64,000 nt of DNA from an uncultured Clostridia bacterium (GTDB lineage Bacteria; Bacillota; Clostridia; Christensenellales; CAMQZB01): positions 79,877-143,876 of the forward strand of contig CAMQZB010000001.1 in the NCBI GenBank assembly GCA_947039455.1, given 5' to 3'. The position numbers were made by a program, and so were the translations under genes. Position 1 is the stretch's first letter. Each line of letters begins with the position of its first letter. The notes below the pieces were generated by a model. That model ran no database searches. It worked only from the letters and a program-made list of their open reading frames with translations, and was not told the origin of the DNA. Shown piece after piece: positions 36,085 to 45,454 of this stretch.

Positions 36085-38511
36085 TTATTTAGCAATAAGA
36101 TTAATAAGTCTGCCTTTAGCAACAATAGTTTTCACAATATTCAACCCATCAAGTAATGGAGCGAATTCAGGGTTAGCAAGAACAAGAGCCTTGATTTCAT
36201 CATCAGAAAGAGAGCTGTCGATTTGCATTTTGCCTTTGATTTTACTATTAATTTGAACCGCAATTTCAACGGTAGATAAAACTAATTTAGATTGGTCAAC
36301 TACTGGATAAGTTACATTGAAAATAGAGAACTTACCGCCCATAATTTCCCAAAATTCCTCAGCAAGGTGAGGAGTGAAAGGCGCAAGAAGAAGTACAAGT
36401 TTAGAAACAGCGTCTTTGAAAACTGCAACGTTAATAGCACCGTCTTGAACGTATTTATTCATAGCGTTAGTCAATTCCATCAAACGAGCGATAGCAGTGT
36501 TGAAACTAAAAATTCTCATGTCTTTGTCAACATTTTTGATAGTGTTGTTAAGAACAAATTCAAGATTGAAATCCGCATCTTTGTTGATAGTAGTAGTTTG
36601 AATAGTGGAGTATTGCGCCACAAGACGTTCAACCCTGTCAAGGTAACGAGAGATAGATTTAATACCATTATCGTTCCAAGGTCCACCTTCAATGTAAGAG
36701 AACCCGAACATCAAGTACATTCTAAACACGTCAGAACCGAATTCGTTAACATATTCGTCAGGAGAAACTACATTTCCACGAGACTTACTCATTTTTTCCC
36801 CATCAGGACCCATAATCAACCCTTGGTGAACAAGAGAAGTGAAAGGCTCATCGAAGTTCAAGTAACCTAAATCACGAAGTGCCTTAGTGAAGAAACGAGC
36901 GTACAACAAATGCATGCAAGCGTGTTCAGCACCGCCGATATATTTATCAACAGGAAGCATTTTATTAATGATAGCAGGATCGAAAGCCATTTCGGAGTTT
37001 TTATTATCAGGGTATCTAAGGTAGTACCAAGAAGAGCAAACGAAAGTATCAAGAGTATCCACATCACGAGTAGCAGGTTTGCCACAAGTAGGACAAGTAG
37101 TGTTCATGAAATCATCAGATTTAGCTAGAGGAGATTTTCCGTCTGGCTTAAATTCAACATCATAAGGAAGTTCTACAGGAAGTTGTTCATCAGGAACAGC
37201 AACATCGCCACAAGATTCGCAGTGAATAATAGGAATTGGAGCGCCCCAATATCTTTGACGAGAAACCAACCAATCACGAAGACGGTAGTTGATTTTAAAT
37301 CTACCCTTGCCCTCAGTTTCAAGATCTGAAATAATAGCATTGATGGCCTCTTTACTTTCAATTCCGTCGTATTTACCAGAGTTCACAAGAGTTCCATATT
37401 CAGTGAAAGGTAGTGCATCGTCGCCGTTTTTGCCGTTAATAACACGATCAATAGACATGTTATATTTAGTAGCGAATTCGAAATCACGTTCATCGTGAGA
37501 AGCAACGCCCATAACAACACCAGTACCATAAGTGAACAGAACATAGTCCGCAACTAAGATAGGAACACGCTTGCCGTTAACAGGATTGATAGCGTAAGAA
37601 CCAGTGAAAACACCAGTTTTTTCACGAGAAGTAGAAAGTCTATCGATTTCGCTAATAACCTTAGTTTGAGCAATATATTCAGCAACGGCAGTCTTATTTT
37701 CATCTAAAGTAAGTGTATCAACAAGAGGGTGTTCAGGAGCAAGAACGATAAAACTAACACCAAAAAGAGTATCAGCACGAGTAGTGAAGACAGTAAGAGT
37801 ATGATCAGTGCTTTCTGATTTAAAATCAACTTCGCCACCAACAGACTTACCGATCCAGTTTTTTTGCATAAGTTTAGTCTTTTCAGGCCAGTCAAGATTA
37901 TCAAGACCAGTAAGAAGTTCTTCAGCGTATTTAGTAATTTTAAAGAACCATTGAGTCAAGTTTTTCTTTTCGATAACAGTATTACAACGTTCGCAAAGAC
38001 CGTCCTTAACTTGTTCGTTAGCAAGAACAGTTTGACAGCTGTTGCACCAGTTCACAGGAGCTTCTTTGCGGTAAGCTAAATCATTTTTATAAAGTTGAAG
38101 GAACATCCATTGAGTCCACTTGTAGTAGTCAGGATCAGAAGTTTTGATTTCATTTTCCCAATCAAACATAGCGCCAATTTTTTGAAGTTGAACTTCCATA
38201 GTAGCGATATTTTTGTAAGTAGAATCTTTAGGGTGAATACCAGTTTTAATAGCGAAATTTTCCGCAGGCAAACCAAAAGAGTCGAAACCCATAGGTTGAA
38301 AAACGTTCTCGCCGTTCATACGCATAAATCTAGCATAAGAATCGGAAGGGCCGTAATTATACCAATGCCCGATGTGAAGTTTAGCAGCAGAAGGGTAAGA
38401 GAACATTTCAAGAACGTAATGTTTTTTGTCAACATTACCTTTATCGAAAGAATTTACCTTAGTTTCGTTCCACTTATCTTGCCATTTTTTTTCAATTAAT
38501 GATATATTCAT
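36085..38511 (-). CDS. leuS: leucine--tRNA ligase
   Basis: 808 aa with a HIGH motif ([10 protein letters not shown]), a KMSKS motif ([10 protein letters not shown]) and a CP1 editing domain. Confidence 0.97.
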   Translation of the reverse strand: MNISLIEKKWQDKWNETKVNSFDKGNVDKKHYVLEMFSYPSAAKLHIGHWYNYGPSDSYARFMRMNGENVFQPMGFDSFGLPAENFAIKTGIHPKDSTYKNIATMEVQLQKIGAMFDWENEIKTSDPDYYKWTQWMFLQLYKNDLAYRKEAPVNWCNSCQTVLANEQVKDGLCERCNTVIEKKNLTQWFFKITKYAEELLTGLDNLDWPEKTKLMQKNWIGKSVGGEVDFKSESTDHTLTVFTTRADTLFGVSFIVLAPEHPLVDTLTLDENKTAVAEYIAQTKVISEIDRLSTSREKTGVFTGSYAINPVNGKRVPILVADYVLFTYGTGVVMGVASHDERDFEFATKYNMSIDRVINGKNGDDALPFTEYGTLVNSGKYDGIESKEAINAIISDLETEGKGRFKINYRLRDWLVSRQRYWGAPIPIIHCESCGDVAVPDEQLPVELPYDVEFKPDGKSPLAKSDDFMNTTCPTCGKPATRDVDTLDTFVCSSWYYLRYPDNKNSEMAFDPAIINKMLPVDKYIGGAEHACMHLLYARFFTKALRDLGYLNFDEPFTSLVHQGLIMGPDGEKMSKSRGNVVSPDEYVNEFGSDVFRMYLMFGFSYIEGGPWNDNGIKSISRYLDRVERLVAQYSTIQTTTINKDADFNLEFVLNNTIKNVDKDMRIFSFNTAIARLMELTNAMNKYVQDGAINVAVFKDAVSKLVLLLAPFTPHLAEEFWEIMGGKFSIFNVTYPVVDQSKLVLSTVEIAVQINSKIKGKMQIDSSLSDDEIKALVLANPEFAPLLDGLNIVKTIVAKGRLINLIAK

Positions 38512-38690
38512 TATAATAAATCTCCATAAACTTTTTTAAATTTCTATTAACTGTGAGTATAACATATTTTCGTTGAAATTCAAAGTAAAACCACTAAAAA
38601 ACAACAATATCATAGGAATTTTAAAAGATATTAACGAAAATCACATTTGCATCATATACTTAAATATATAAACCGAAAAGGAGGGTGTAA

Positions 38691-39602
38691 ATGAAAAATC
38701 ATTCACAAGGAAACGATAAATATATGAAGCAAATGCCACCTATATTTAACACAAAAGGCAGTAGCACAAAAATGCACTGTGAAGGTCATATGGAAAAATC
38801 CATGCCAGCTTATGAACCACCAATGATGAGGTCTGAGGGGGGAATGTATTGTTATGATGACACAATTATGAAATCAAAAAGCGTAAGAAATTCATGCGAC
38901 AAATCAATGATGAAATCAAAAATAAAAAAAGATTGCAATATGTATGATAAACCAATGATGAAAAAAGAATGTGATGGAATGTATTATTATGACGACGCAA
39001 TGATGATGAGAATGGACGGAACAAGAGATGTATTACCACCGTTTGAACCACCAATGGGAAATGGCGAACCAGAAGGAACGTTAGCACCATTTGAACCACC
39101 AATGACAAACCGTGAGCCAGAAGGAATTTTGCCTCCGTTTGAACCGCCATTAATTCCAGTAGGCGATCAATTGCCACCATTCGTGTTACCAGAATTACCT
39201 GATTTTGACGGTGACGATAGAATTGAAAGAAATGCAATAAGAATGATAAGCTCACTTGAAGGTTACTACAATTCACTAAACAACGCATACATATTAAGCC
39301 GAAATGAGCCATTTGAAATAAGAGAAGAAATCTTTGGATTAAGAAACAGAGCATATGTCTTATACAATGACGCAGTGAGAATAGTAGGTCAAATTCCACA
39401 AGCACTTCAAGTAGATTTAAGAAGACAACCAAGAAACTATATAGAAGCGCTAGACCAAGCATCAGTTTACGGTGATAATGCAATGAAATATATCAGAAAC
39501 CTTGCATTCTTCAACTATAACTATGCCATCGACGTTCAATTATTGTCACTATATCTTAAACTAAATGAAGACTTAAAAATCTTAAAAGAATTACTAAAAT
39601 AA
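38691..39602 (+). CDS. hypothetical Met/Pro-rich protein with PFEPP repeats
   Basis: Strong RBS aaaggaggg. The N-terminal half is Met-rich, three (L/P)PPFEPP(M/L) repeats follow, and the C-terminal ~130 aa are predicted helical. Confidence 0.6.
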   Translation: MKNHSQGNDKYMKQMPPIFNTKGSSTKMHCEGHMEKSMPAYEPPMMRSEGGMYCYDDTIMKSKSVRNSCDKSMMKSKIKKDCNMYDKPMMKKECDGMYYYDDAMMMRMDGTRDVLPPFEPPMGNGEPEGTLAPFEPPMTNREPEGILPPFEPPLIPVGDQLPPFVLPELPDFDGDDRIERNAIRMISSLEGYYNSLNNAYILSRNEPFEIREEIFGLRNRAYVLYNDAVRIVGQIPQALQVDLRRQPRNYIEALDQASVYGDNAMKYIRNLAFFNYNYAIDVQLLSLYLKLNEDLKILKELLK

Positions 39603-39684
39603 GTAACTAAAAATTAAATAGTAAAAACAGTATCAAAACAGTTGACAATAGTGGTGAAATGCAATATAATTAATAAGCATTTTA

Positions 39685-39761
39685 GCACCATTAGCTCAGC
39701 TGGATAGAGTGTTGCGCTACGAACGCAAAGGTCAGGAGTTCGAATCTCTTATGGTGCACCA
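39685..39761 (+). tRNA. tRNA-Arg (anticodon ACG)
   Basis: Acceptor gcaccat/atggtgc, anticodon stem ttgcg/cgcaa, loop cTACGaa, T-loop ttcgaat, encoded CCA. Confidence 0.9.
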
Positions 39762-39768
39762 AACGGAA

Positions 39769-39796
39769 AAAGCCTCCCAATTTTGGGAGGTTTTTT
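39769..39796 (+). terminator. tRNA-Arg terminator
   Basis: Stem cctccca/tgggagg followed by TTTTTT. Confidence 0.8.
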
Positions 39797-39923
39797 CACG
39801 TCCAAAATCATATAAATAACAATAGACAAATATAAAAATACACAAGTAGTAATAAATTATTGAGGAAAATAAAGAACATAATTAAACCCGCTAAAATAAA
39901 AATAATATATACAATAAAATTCA

Positions 39924-39952
39924 TTGACAAATAGTTGTTCGTATGATATTAT
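39924..39952 (+). promoter_or_regulatory. sigma-A type promoter of the propeller-gene islet
   Basis: TTGACA, 17-nt spacer, TATTAT, with a ~125-nt leader before the RBS aggagg. Confidence 0.6.
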
Positions 39953-40082
39953 TTATTTATGCAAATAATTGTTTGCGTAAATAAAGTTTCTTAATATTTT
40001 CACTTTAAGGAGCAACAACTTAATAATAAAAGAAGGGAGAAGAAATTAGAATAAATAAAATAGCAGGAGGAAAAAATAATTA

Positions 40083-41135
40083 ATGATAGGAAGAACTAAT
40101 GCAACATCAGGCTCGCCCATGAAAATAGGTGAAGTCACAATCAAAGATAAATTAGCTGATGGCTCATTCACAGTATGTGATGGAAGAACAGTTTTTTCAA
40201 TAACTGAAGAGTTGGTAGTCAATGGGTTAGAACCGTTCTTTGACAGTAAGAATTATATATCCAGTTGGACAGCTGGAACAAATGTATTTGATGATATAAT
40301 TACAACTATAGTCTACAGAAATGGGTTGTGGGTTATAGTTGGTAATAGTGGAAAAATATCAACAAGCATTGACGGATTAAATTGGACAGCCCGAACAAGT
40401 GGGGATACCATAACAATTAGAGCAGTAGCCTACGGAAATGGGTTGTGGATTATGGTTGGTTATAGTGGAAAAATAGCAACAAGCAGTAACGGAATAAATT
40501 GGACAGCCCGAACAAGTGGATTTAAAACTAATATGTTCGCAGTAGCCTACGGAAATGGGTTGTGGGTTGCAGTTGGTGATGGCGGACTGCTAATTACAAG
40601 CACTAACGGAATAAATTGGACAGTTCGAACAAGTTTCGTCAATACAGCAATTATTGCAGTAGCCTACGAAAATGGGCTGTGGGTTACTGTTGGTTGTAAC
40701 GATGCCTCGTCAACTAGCAACAATGGAATAAATTGGAGTACTCATTCAACAACTCTTAATCAAATAATGAACGGAGTAGTCTACCGAAATGGCTTATGGA
40801 TTTTAGTTGGTTGTAGTGGAGATCTAGTAACAAGCACTAACGGAACGAATTGGACGGAGCGAAAAAGTGGGTTTACTAAAGATGAAAACATTAACACTGT
40901 TGATTATGGCAATGGCTTTTGGGTTGCAGCAGGTGAAAATGGCATAATGTCTTCTAGCAAAGATGGAATAAATTGGTTGAGAGGTTCCATCGGTGGTGGT
41001 ACTGTTAACTCAATAATCTATGAAAATGAATCATGGATGGCAGTAGGCGAAAGTGGAAGGATATTAACTGCTGAGCTTGTTACTGAAATAACACTTCCAA
41101 ACTACAAAACACCAACATATATCAAATATAAATAA
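40083..41135 (+). CDS. seven-bladed Asp-box-like beta-propeller repeat protein
   Basis: Seven ~39-aa repeats of the form (A/V)YxNGLWVxVGxxGxIxTSxNGINWTxRTSG. Confidence 0.75.
   Translation: MIGRTNATSGSPMKIGEVTIKDKLADGSFTVCDGRTVFSITEELVVNGLEPFFDSKNYISSWTAGTNVFDDIITTIVYRNGLWVIVGNSGKISTSIDGLNWTARTSGDTITIRAVAYGNGLWIMVGYSGKIATSSNGINWTARTSGFKTNMFAVAYGNGLWVAVGDGGLLITSTNGINWTVRTSFVNTAIIAVAYENGLWVTVGCNDASSTSNNGINWSTHSTTLNQIMNGVVYRNGLWILVGCSGDLVTSTNGTNWTERKSGFTKDENINTVDYGNGFWVAAGENGIMSSSKDGINWLRGSIGGGTVNSIIYENESWMAVGESGRILTAELVTEITLPNYKTPTYIKYK
40296..41073 (+). repeat. intragenic ~117-nt tandem repeats (7 units)
   Basis: aattggacagcccgaacaagtgg occurs at 40379 and 40496. gcagtagcctacggaaatgggttgtgg occurs at 40422 and 40539. 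Both pairs are offset by exactly 117 nt. Confidence 0.85.
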
Positions 41136-41150
41136 CAGGAGAGCGAAAAT

Positions 41151-41423
41151 ATGAAACAAGTAATAATTAGTAAACAAAATAAACAAGTTCAAGTAATAGG
41201 AGATACTTATACAACACCACAAGATACTGACATATTCCAAATCACTGGCGAAGATGTGAACGTACATAACGTAGACGGTGCTAGATACGATTGGAACGGC
41301 TTTGAACATTTCGAAGTATCGAACATACCGGAAAACGTACTTGATAACCCAACAGGGTTCAAGCACGAAAACGGCGAGTTTATAGCAATCCCAGCGGAAG
41401 AAATACTGAAGTTGAAGAAGTAA
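41151..41423 (+). CDS. hypothetical protein (90 aa)
   Basis: RBS aggag, 15 nt after the propeller gene, followed by a terminator. No recognisable motif. Confidence 0.55.
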   Translation: MKQVIISKQNKQVQVIGDTYTTPQDTDIFQITGEDVNVHNVDGARYDWNGFEHFEVSNIPENVLDNPTGFKHENGEFIAIPAEEILKLKK

Positions 41424-41454
41424 ATATATAACAACAAAAAAATAAGCAAAATAA

Positions 41455-41487
41455 TAAAAAAAAGGAAGCGTAAAGCTTCCTTTTTTC
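41455..41487. terminator. terminator of the islet operon
   Basis: Stem ggaagc/gcttcc flanked by an A-run and TTTTTT. Confidence 0.7.
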
Positions 41488-41564
41488 ATACCCCGAAGTA
41501 TAACCCAAAATCTAACATCTAGATAAAACAACCAATTAATTATAATATAATAATCAAAAACCAC

Positions 41565-41604
41565 ATAAAAAAAAGATATTTGTATAAATATACAAATATC
41601 TTTT
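41565..41604 (-). terminator. tRNA-Trp terminator
   Basis: 16-bp stem aaaagatatttgtata/tatacaaatatctttt (4 terminal A-T pairs, 2-nt loop), followed by a T-run on the minus strand. Confidence 0.8.
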
Positions 41605-41607
41605 AAA

Positions 41608-41682
41608 TGGCAGGGGAGACGCGATTCGAACACGCAACCGACGGTTTTGGAGACCGCAACTCTACCGTTGAGCCACTCCCCT
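41608..41682 (-). tRNA. tRNA-Trp (anticodon CCA)
   Basis: The reverse complement folds as acceptor aggggag/ctcccct, anticodon stem gcggt/accgt, loop cTCCAaa, T-loop ttcgaat, encoded CCA. Confidence 0.85.
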
Positions 41683-41694
41683 CAATGCTATAAT

Positions 41695-41723
41695 ATTATA
41701 TATTATATAGAAAATTTAGTCAA
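41695..41723 (-). promoter_or_regulatory. sigma-A promoter of tRNA-Trp
   Basis: On the minus strand: TTGACT, 17-nt spacer, TATAAT, 12 nt before the tRNA 5' end. Confidence 0.65.
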
Positions 41724-41855
41724 ATGAATTTAGGGAGTTTTTGACGAAAAATAAATATTAATTCAAAATTGCCCAATTATGAGTGACCAACAGCGAATTT
41801 TTTGGTATAATAATAAAAAAACACGGTGAAAAAGAACCAACATAAAGGAGCTGAA

Positions 41856-42665
41856 ATGGAATTCAAATATAAACTAGGCTTTATTGGCTATGGAAATATG
41901 GCGCAAGCAATAGCACAAGGAATTGTGGGAAGCAACCTATTAAAAAGCGAAGAAATGGCTATTTTCGACCCAAACAATGAAGTAATGGAAAAGATGAAAA
42001 AGAAAGGGTACAACATCGCAAATGATAATATAGAAATCGTGGAAAATTGTGAATACGTATTTTTCGCAGTAAAGCCACAAATGTTTGAAGTGGTTGCAAA
42101 AGAAATCAGAAGTGCCTACAAGGGAAATAAATTAATAAGCATATTAGCAGGAACAACAATTACTGAATTTAAAGAAGTTTTTGGTGAAGAATGTCAAATC
42201 ACAAGAGCAATGCCAAATACACCAGCACTGGTAGGACGAGGAATCACAGGAGTGGACGTGTCGTTGTTAGATGATATATCAAAGGCGTTTGTTCTTAAAT
42301 TATTCGGAAGCATTGGAGAAGTAATAGAGATAAAAGAGAACCAAATTAATGATATAATAGCAATCTCAGGAAGCGGACCAGCCTATGTTTACCTATTTAT
42401 AAAAGGCATGTATGAGAACGCCCTAGCCCACGGATTTTCAGCGGAAATAGCGAAAAAACTAGTGGTAGGAACAGTACAAGGTTCAGCGGAAATGTTCAAT
42501 CAATCAAGTGAAAATATTGATACATTGGTGGAACGAGTATGCAGTAAAGGCGGAACTACTATTGAAGCAGTAAAGACATTTCAGCGTGAAGGGTTGGGTA
42601 ATTTAATTGACAAAGCAATAAAAGATTGTTATGATAGAGCAGTTGAATTATCGGATAACAAGTAA
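41856..42665 (+). CDS. proC: pyrroline-5-carboxylate reductase
   Basis: GFIGYGNMAQAI Rossmann motif and SKGGTTIEAV C-terminal signature. The ATG at 41856 follows RBS aaaggag. Confidence 0.9.
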   Translation: MEFKYKLGFIGYGNMAQAIAQGIVGSNLLKSEEMAIFDPNNEVMEKMKKKGYNIANDNIEIVENCEYVFFAVKPQMFEVVAKEIRSAYKGNKLISILAGTTITEFKEVFGEECQITRAMPNTPALVGRGITGVDVSLLDDISKAFVLKLFGSIGEVIEIKENQINDIIAISGSGPAYVYLFIKGMYENALAHGFSAEIAKKLVVGTVQGSAEMFNQSSENIDTLVERVCSKGGTTIEAVKTFQREGLGNLIDKAIKDCYDRAVELSDNK

Positions 42666-42691
42666 ATTAGTTGAAAGAGCGGAGGCGAGAA

Positions 42692-43144
42692 ATGAAAGAA
42701 GTTGAATTATATACCGACGGAGCCTGCAGTGGAAACCCAGGGCCGGGGGGATACGGCTGTGTCCTAATATATAAAGGTGTGCAAAAAGAGCTTTCGGGCG
42801 GATTTATGGATACCACAAACAACCGAATGGAGATGTACGGAATACTTCACGGCTTGCAAAGTATCAAAGAGCCGTGCAAAGTAACAGTCTATTCTGATTC
42901 AGCCCTTTGTGTAAACTCAATTAACAACGGTTGGTTGAATAATTGGAGAAAAAACAACTGGAAAACAAGCAGTAAAGACGACGTAAAAAACAAAGATTTA
43001 TGGCTTTTAATCCTTGTAGAATTGGCAAGACATGAAGTAACTTTTATAAAAGTAAAAGGACATTCAGACAACGAAATAAACAACCTATGCGACAGCCTAG
43101 CCACTTCCGAAATAGATAAATTAATCGTAAGAAAGAAGCGATAA
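42692..43144 (+). CDS. rnhA: ribonuclease HI
   Basis: ELYTDGACSGNPGPGGYG, NNRMEM, YSDS and GHSDNEINNLCDSLA supply the DEDD catalytic residues. Confidence 0.9.
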   Translation: MKEVELYTDGACSGNPGPGGYGCVLIYKGVQKELSGGFMDTTNNRMEMYGILHGLQSIKEPCKVTVYSDSALCVNSINNGWLNNWRKNNWKTSSKDDVKNKDLWLLILVELARHEVTFIKVKGHSDNEINNLCDSLATSEIDKLIVRKKR

Positions 43145-43148
43145 AAAG

Positions 43149-43175
43149 AAAAACACAATGAAAATTGTGTTTTTA
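43149..43175 (+). terminator. rnhA terminator
   Basis: Stem acacaat/attgtgt followed by TTTT. Confidence 0.7.
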
Positions 43176-43304
43176 TTAAATTATTAATAATTTCCGTAAT
43201 TTTCACATATATATTAATTCAAGTTATCTTGCAAAAATAGAAAAATTGTGATAAAATAAAAATAGAAAAAAAGTGATAGAATAAAACTGAAAAAAGGGGA
43301 TCAA

Positions 43305-44207
43305 ATGGATACAAGTTTAGTAATAATGGCAGCAGGAATAGGCAGTCGATTTGGCGGCGGTACAAAACAACTAGCAGAAGTAGGCCCAGAAGGTCAAATT
43401 ATCATGGATTACTCAATATTCGACGCAGTTGAAGCTGGATTTAATAAAGTAGTTTTTATAATAAGAAAAGATTTAGAAGCTGAATTCAGAGAAATAGTAG
43501 GCAATAAAACGGAAAAAATTTGTAAAGTAGAGTATGCTTTTCAAGAGCTTGATAACCTACCTAACGGACACAAATTGCCAGCTAATCGCACAAAACCATG
43601 GGGCACAGGTCAAGCAGTCCTTGCAGCGAAAAATTGTATAAATGAACCCTTTGTAGTGATAAATGCCGATGATTATTACGGTAAAGAAGCATTCCAAATG
43701 GCGCATAAATTCCTAGTTGAAAACCCTAACGCAAAAACGGATTATTGCATGGTTGGATACATATTGAATAATACATTGTCGAATAATGGCGGAGTTTCTC
43801 GTGGTGTAATCCAAGTTGACGAAAAGGATTTCCTAGTTGATATTGTTGAAACTCACAATATAACAAAAGTAGAGAGGGGCGCGGAAATAGTTAAAGAAAA
43901 CAGCTCAACACCTATTGATGTTAATTCAAAAGTATCAATGAATATGTGGGGAATGTCATGTGATTTCTTGGAAGTGCTTGAAGAAAAATTCACAAATTTT
44001 CTTGAAGAAACTAGTTCAGAAGACCTAAAAAGCGAGTTCCTTTTACCGTTAGTTATTGGGAATATGGTGAAAGAAAACAGCGTAACGGTTAAAGTTTTAG
44101 AAACTAACGATACTTGGTTTGGAGTAACTTACAAAGAAGATAAAGACAGCGTAATTGAAGAATTCAGAAAGCTAGTGGAAAAAGGAATTTACAAAAAAGA
44201 CCTTTAA
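43305..44207 (+). CDS. sugar-phosphate nucleotidyltransferase family protein
   Basis: N-terminal MAAGIGSRFGG (GxGxRF) signature, plus PWGTGQAV and INADDYYG. Confidence 0.75.
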   Translation: MDTSLVIMAAGIGSRFGGGTKQLAEVGPEGQIIMDYSIFDAVEAGFNKVVFIIRKDLEAEFREIVGNKTEKICKVEYAFQELDNLPNGHKLPANRTKPWGTGQAVLAAKNCINEPFVVINADDYYGKEAFQMAHKFLVENPNAKTDYCMVGYILNNTLSNNGGVSRGVIQVDEKDFLVDIVETHNITKVERGAEIVKENSSTPIDVNSKVSMNMWGMSCDFLEVLEEKFTNFLEETSSEDLKSEFLLPLVIGNMVKENSVTVKVLETNDTWFGVTYKEDKDSVIEEFRKLVEKGIYKKDL

Positions 44208-44249
44208 AAACCATAGTTTCCTATAAAACCAAAAACTAAATAAACTAAA

Positions 44250-44288
44250 ACAGCGTATAAGTGGATTTTTCATTTATACGCTTTTTTA
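44250..44288 (+). terminator. rho-independent terminator
   Basis: Stem gcgtataa/ttatacgc followed by TTTTTT. Confidence 0.7.
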
Positions 44289-44374
44289 CGCTAAAAATAC
44301 TCAAAAACGTGTCAAACACTGGGAAAAATGTCAAATATTGGAATATAATATAACTCATAATGCAAGATAAAACA

Positions 44375-44403
44375 TTGACTTATAAACGAACGTTTGTTAT
44401 AAT
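44375..44403 (+). promoter_or_regulatory. sigma-A promoter with embedded partial inverted repeat
   Basis: TTGACT, 17-nt spacer, TATAAT. The spacer contains CGAACgtttGTTat. Confidence 0.6.
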
Positions 44404-44447
44404 TATAATGAATGAATGTTTAGAAAAAGAATGATTGGAGATTAAAA

Positions 44448-44684
44448 ATGGCAAGAGTACTATTAACGGTAACAGCAAGATTTGAAGACGGCGGAAGAAT
44501 AATTCCATTAATAGTGTCAGTGGAAGATAAAGAATTTATGGTAACTGATGTGAAAATTCGAAGTGATAATGTGAAAGCACCATGGGGAAGTCAACCGATA
44601 AAATATGAGTGTGTAATAAAGCAAAAAATCAAGTTCATATATTTCGATAAAAACTGCAATCAATGGTATTCAATAATTAACTAA
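44448..44684 (+). CDS. hypothetical small protein (78 aa)
   Basis: RBS ggag and its own promoter. No recognisable domain. Confidence 0.5.
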   Translation: MARVLLTVTARFEDGGRIIPLIVSVEDKEFMVTDVKIRSDNVKAPWGSQPIKYECVIKQKIKFIYFDKNCNQWYSIIN

Positions 44685-44792
44685 TTTCGCCTTGTTACAT
44701 TGTAAGTAAATTAATAATACAGTAATTTTAGTATAAACAAAAGCTGTCTTGTCAATAATTGCAACTGTAATAAAAAATCAAGGAGAAATACA

Positions 44793-45305
44793 ATGAAAAA
44801 ATTTATTGGATTAGCGATTGTTTTGCTGATAGGTGTTTGCGGAATGTTGAATATAGAAATTGCCAACGAAGATTATATTCGAATACACGTAAAAGCACAT
44901 TCAAACACAACTCATGATCAAAACCTAAAATATGAGGTAAGAGATGAGATAATGGAGTACTTAACACCGAAGTTTGGAGAGATTGAAACGGAAGCGGAGA
45001 GTTATGAGATAGTGAAAAACGAATTATCAAATATACAAAAAGTAGCAAATGATTATATGCACGATGTGGGGTATAGCTACACAGCGAAAGTGGATTTAAT
45101 TGAAGAGTACTATCCAACACGCCAATATAATGGACACGTGGTTGAAAGCGGAAATTACAATTCACTAGTGGTAGAATTAGGCGAAGGCGACGGTGATAAT
45201 TGGTGGTGTGTAGTGTATCCGCCACTGTGTTTTATGAACGGCGAAAAAATTGATAGTGACGAAGTAGTATATAAATCTTGGATAAAAGAGATATTAAGTA
45301 AATGA
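44793..45305 (+). CDS. spoIIR: stage II sporulation protein R
   Basis: Signal/TM helix, then IRIHVKAHSNT..DQNLKYEVRD and GDNWWCVVYPPLCF, characteristic of SpoIIR. Confidence 0.85.
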   Translation: MKKFIGLAIVLLIGVCGMLNIEIANEDYIRIHVKAHSNTTHDQNLKYEVRDEIMEYLTPKFGEIETEAESYEIVKNELSNIQKVANDYMHDVGYSYTAKVDLIEEYYPTRQYNGHVVESGNYNSLVVELGEGDGDNWWCVVYPPLCFMNGEKIDSDEVVYKSWIKEILSK

Positions 45306-45454
45306 AATAATATCGAATTTAATCTAACCCTGAAAATTTTCCTAAAAAATCATATAAATATAGTGAAAATTGCGAAAAAACAGTATATAAACCCTAGATA
45401 AAAGAGATATTATGTTAATAAAAAAAATGTTGAGTGTAATATTAAGGGGGAAAC

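Noticed and set aside
38512-38690. Expected T-box leader upstream of leuS.
   Set aside because: The ~180-nt region is short and AT-rich. I could not find a T-box sequence (AGGGTGGnACCGCG-like), a specifier stem or a terminator/antiterminator pair.
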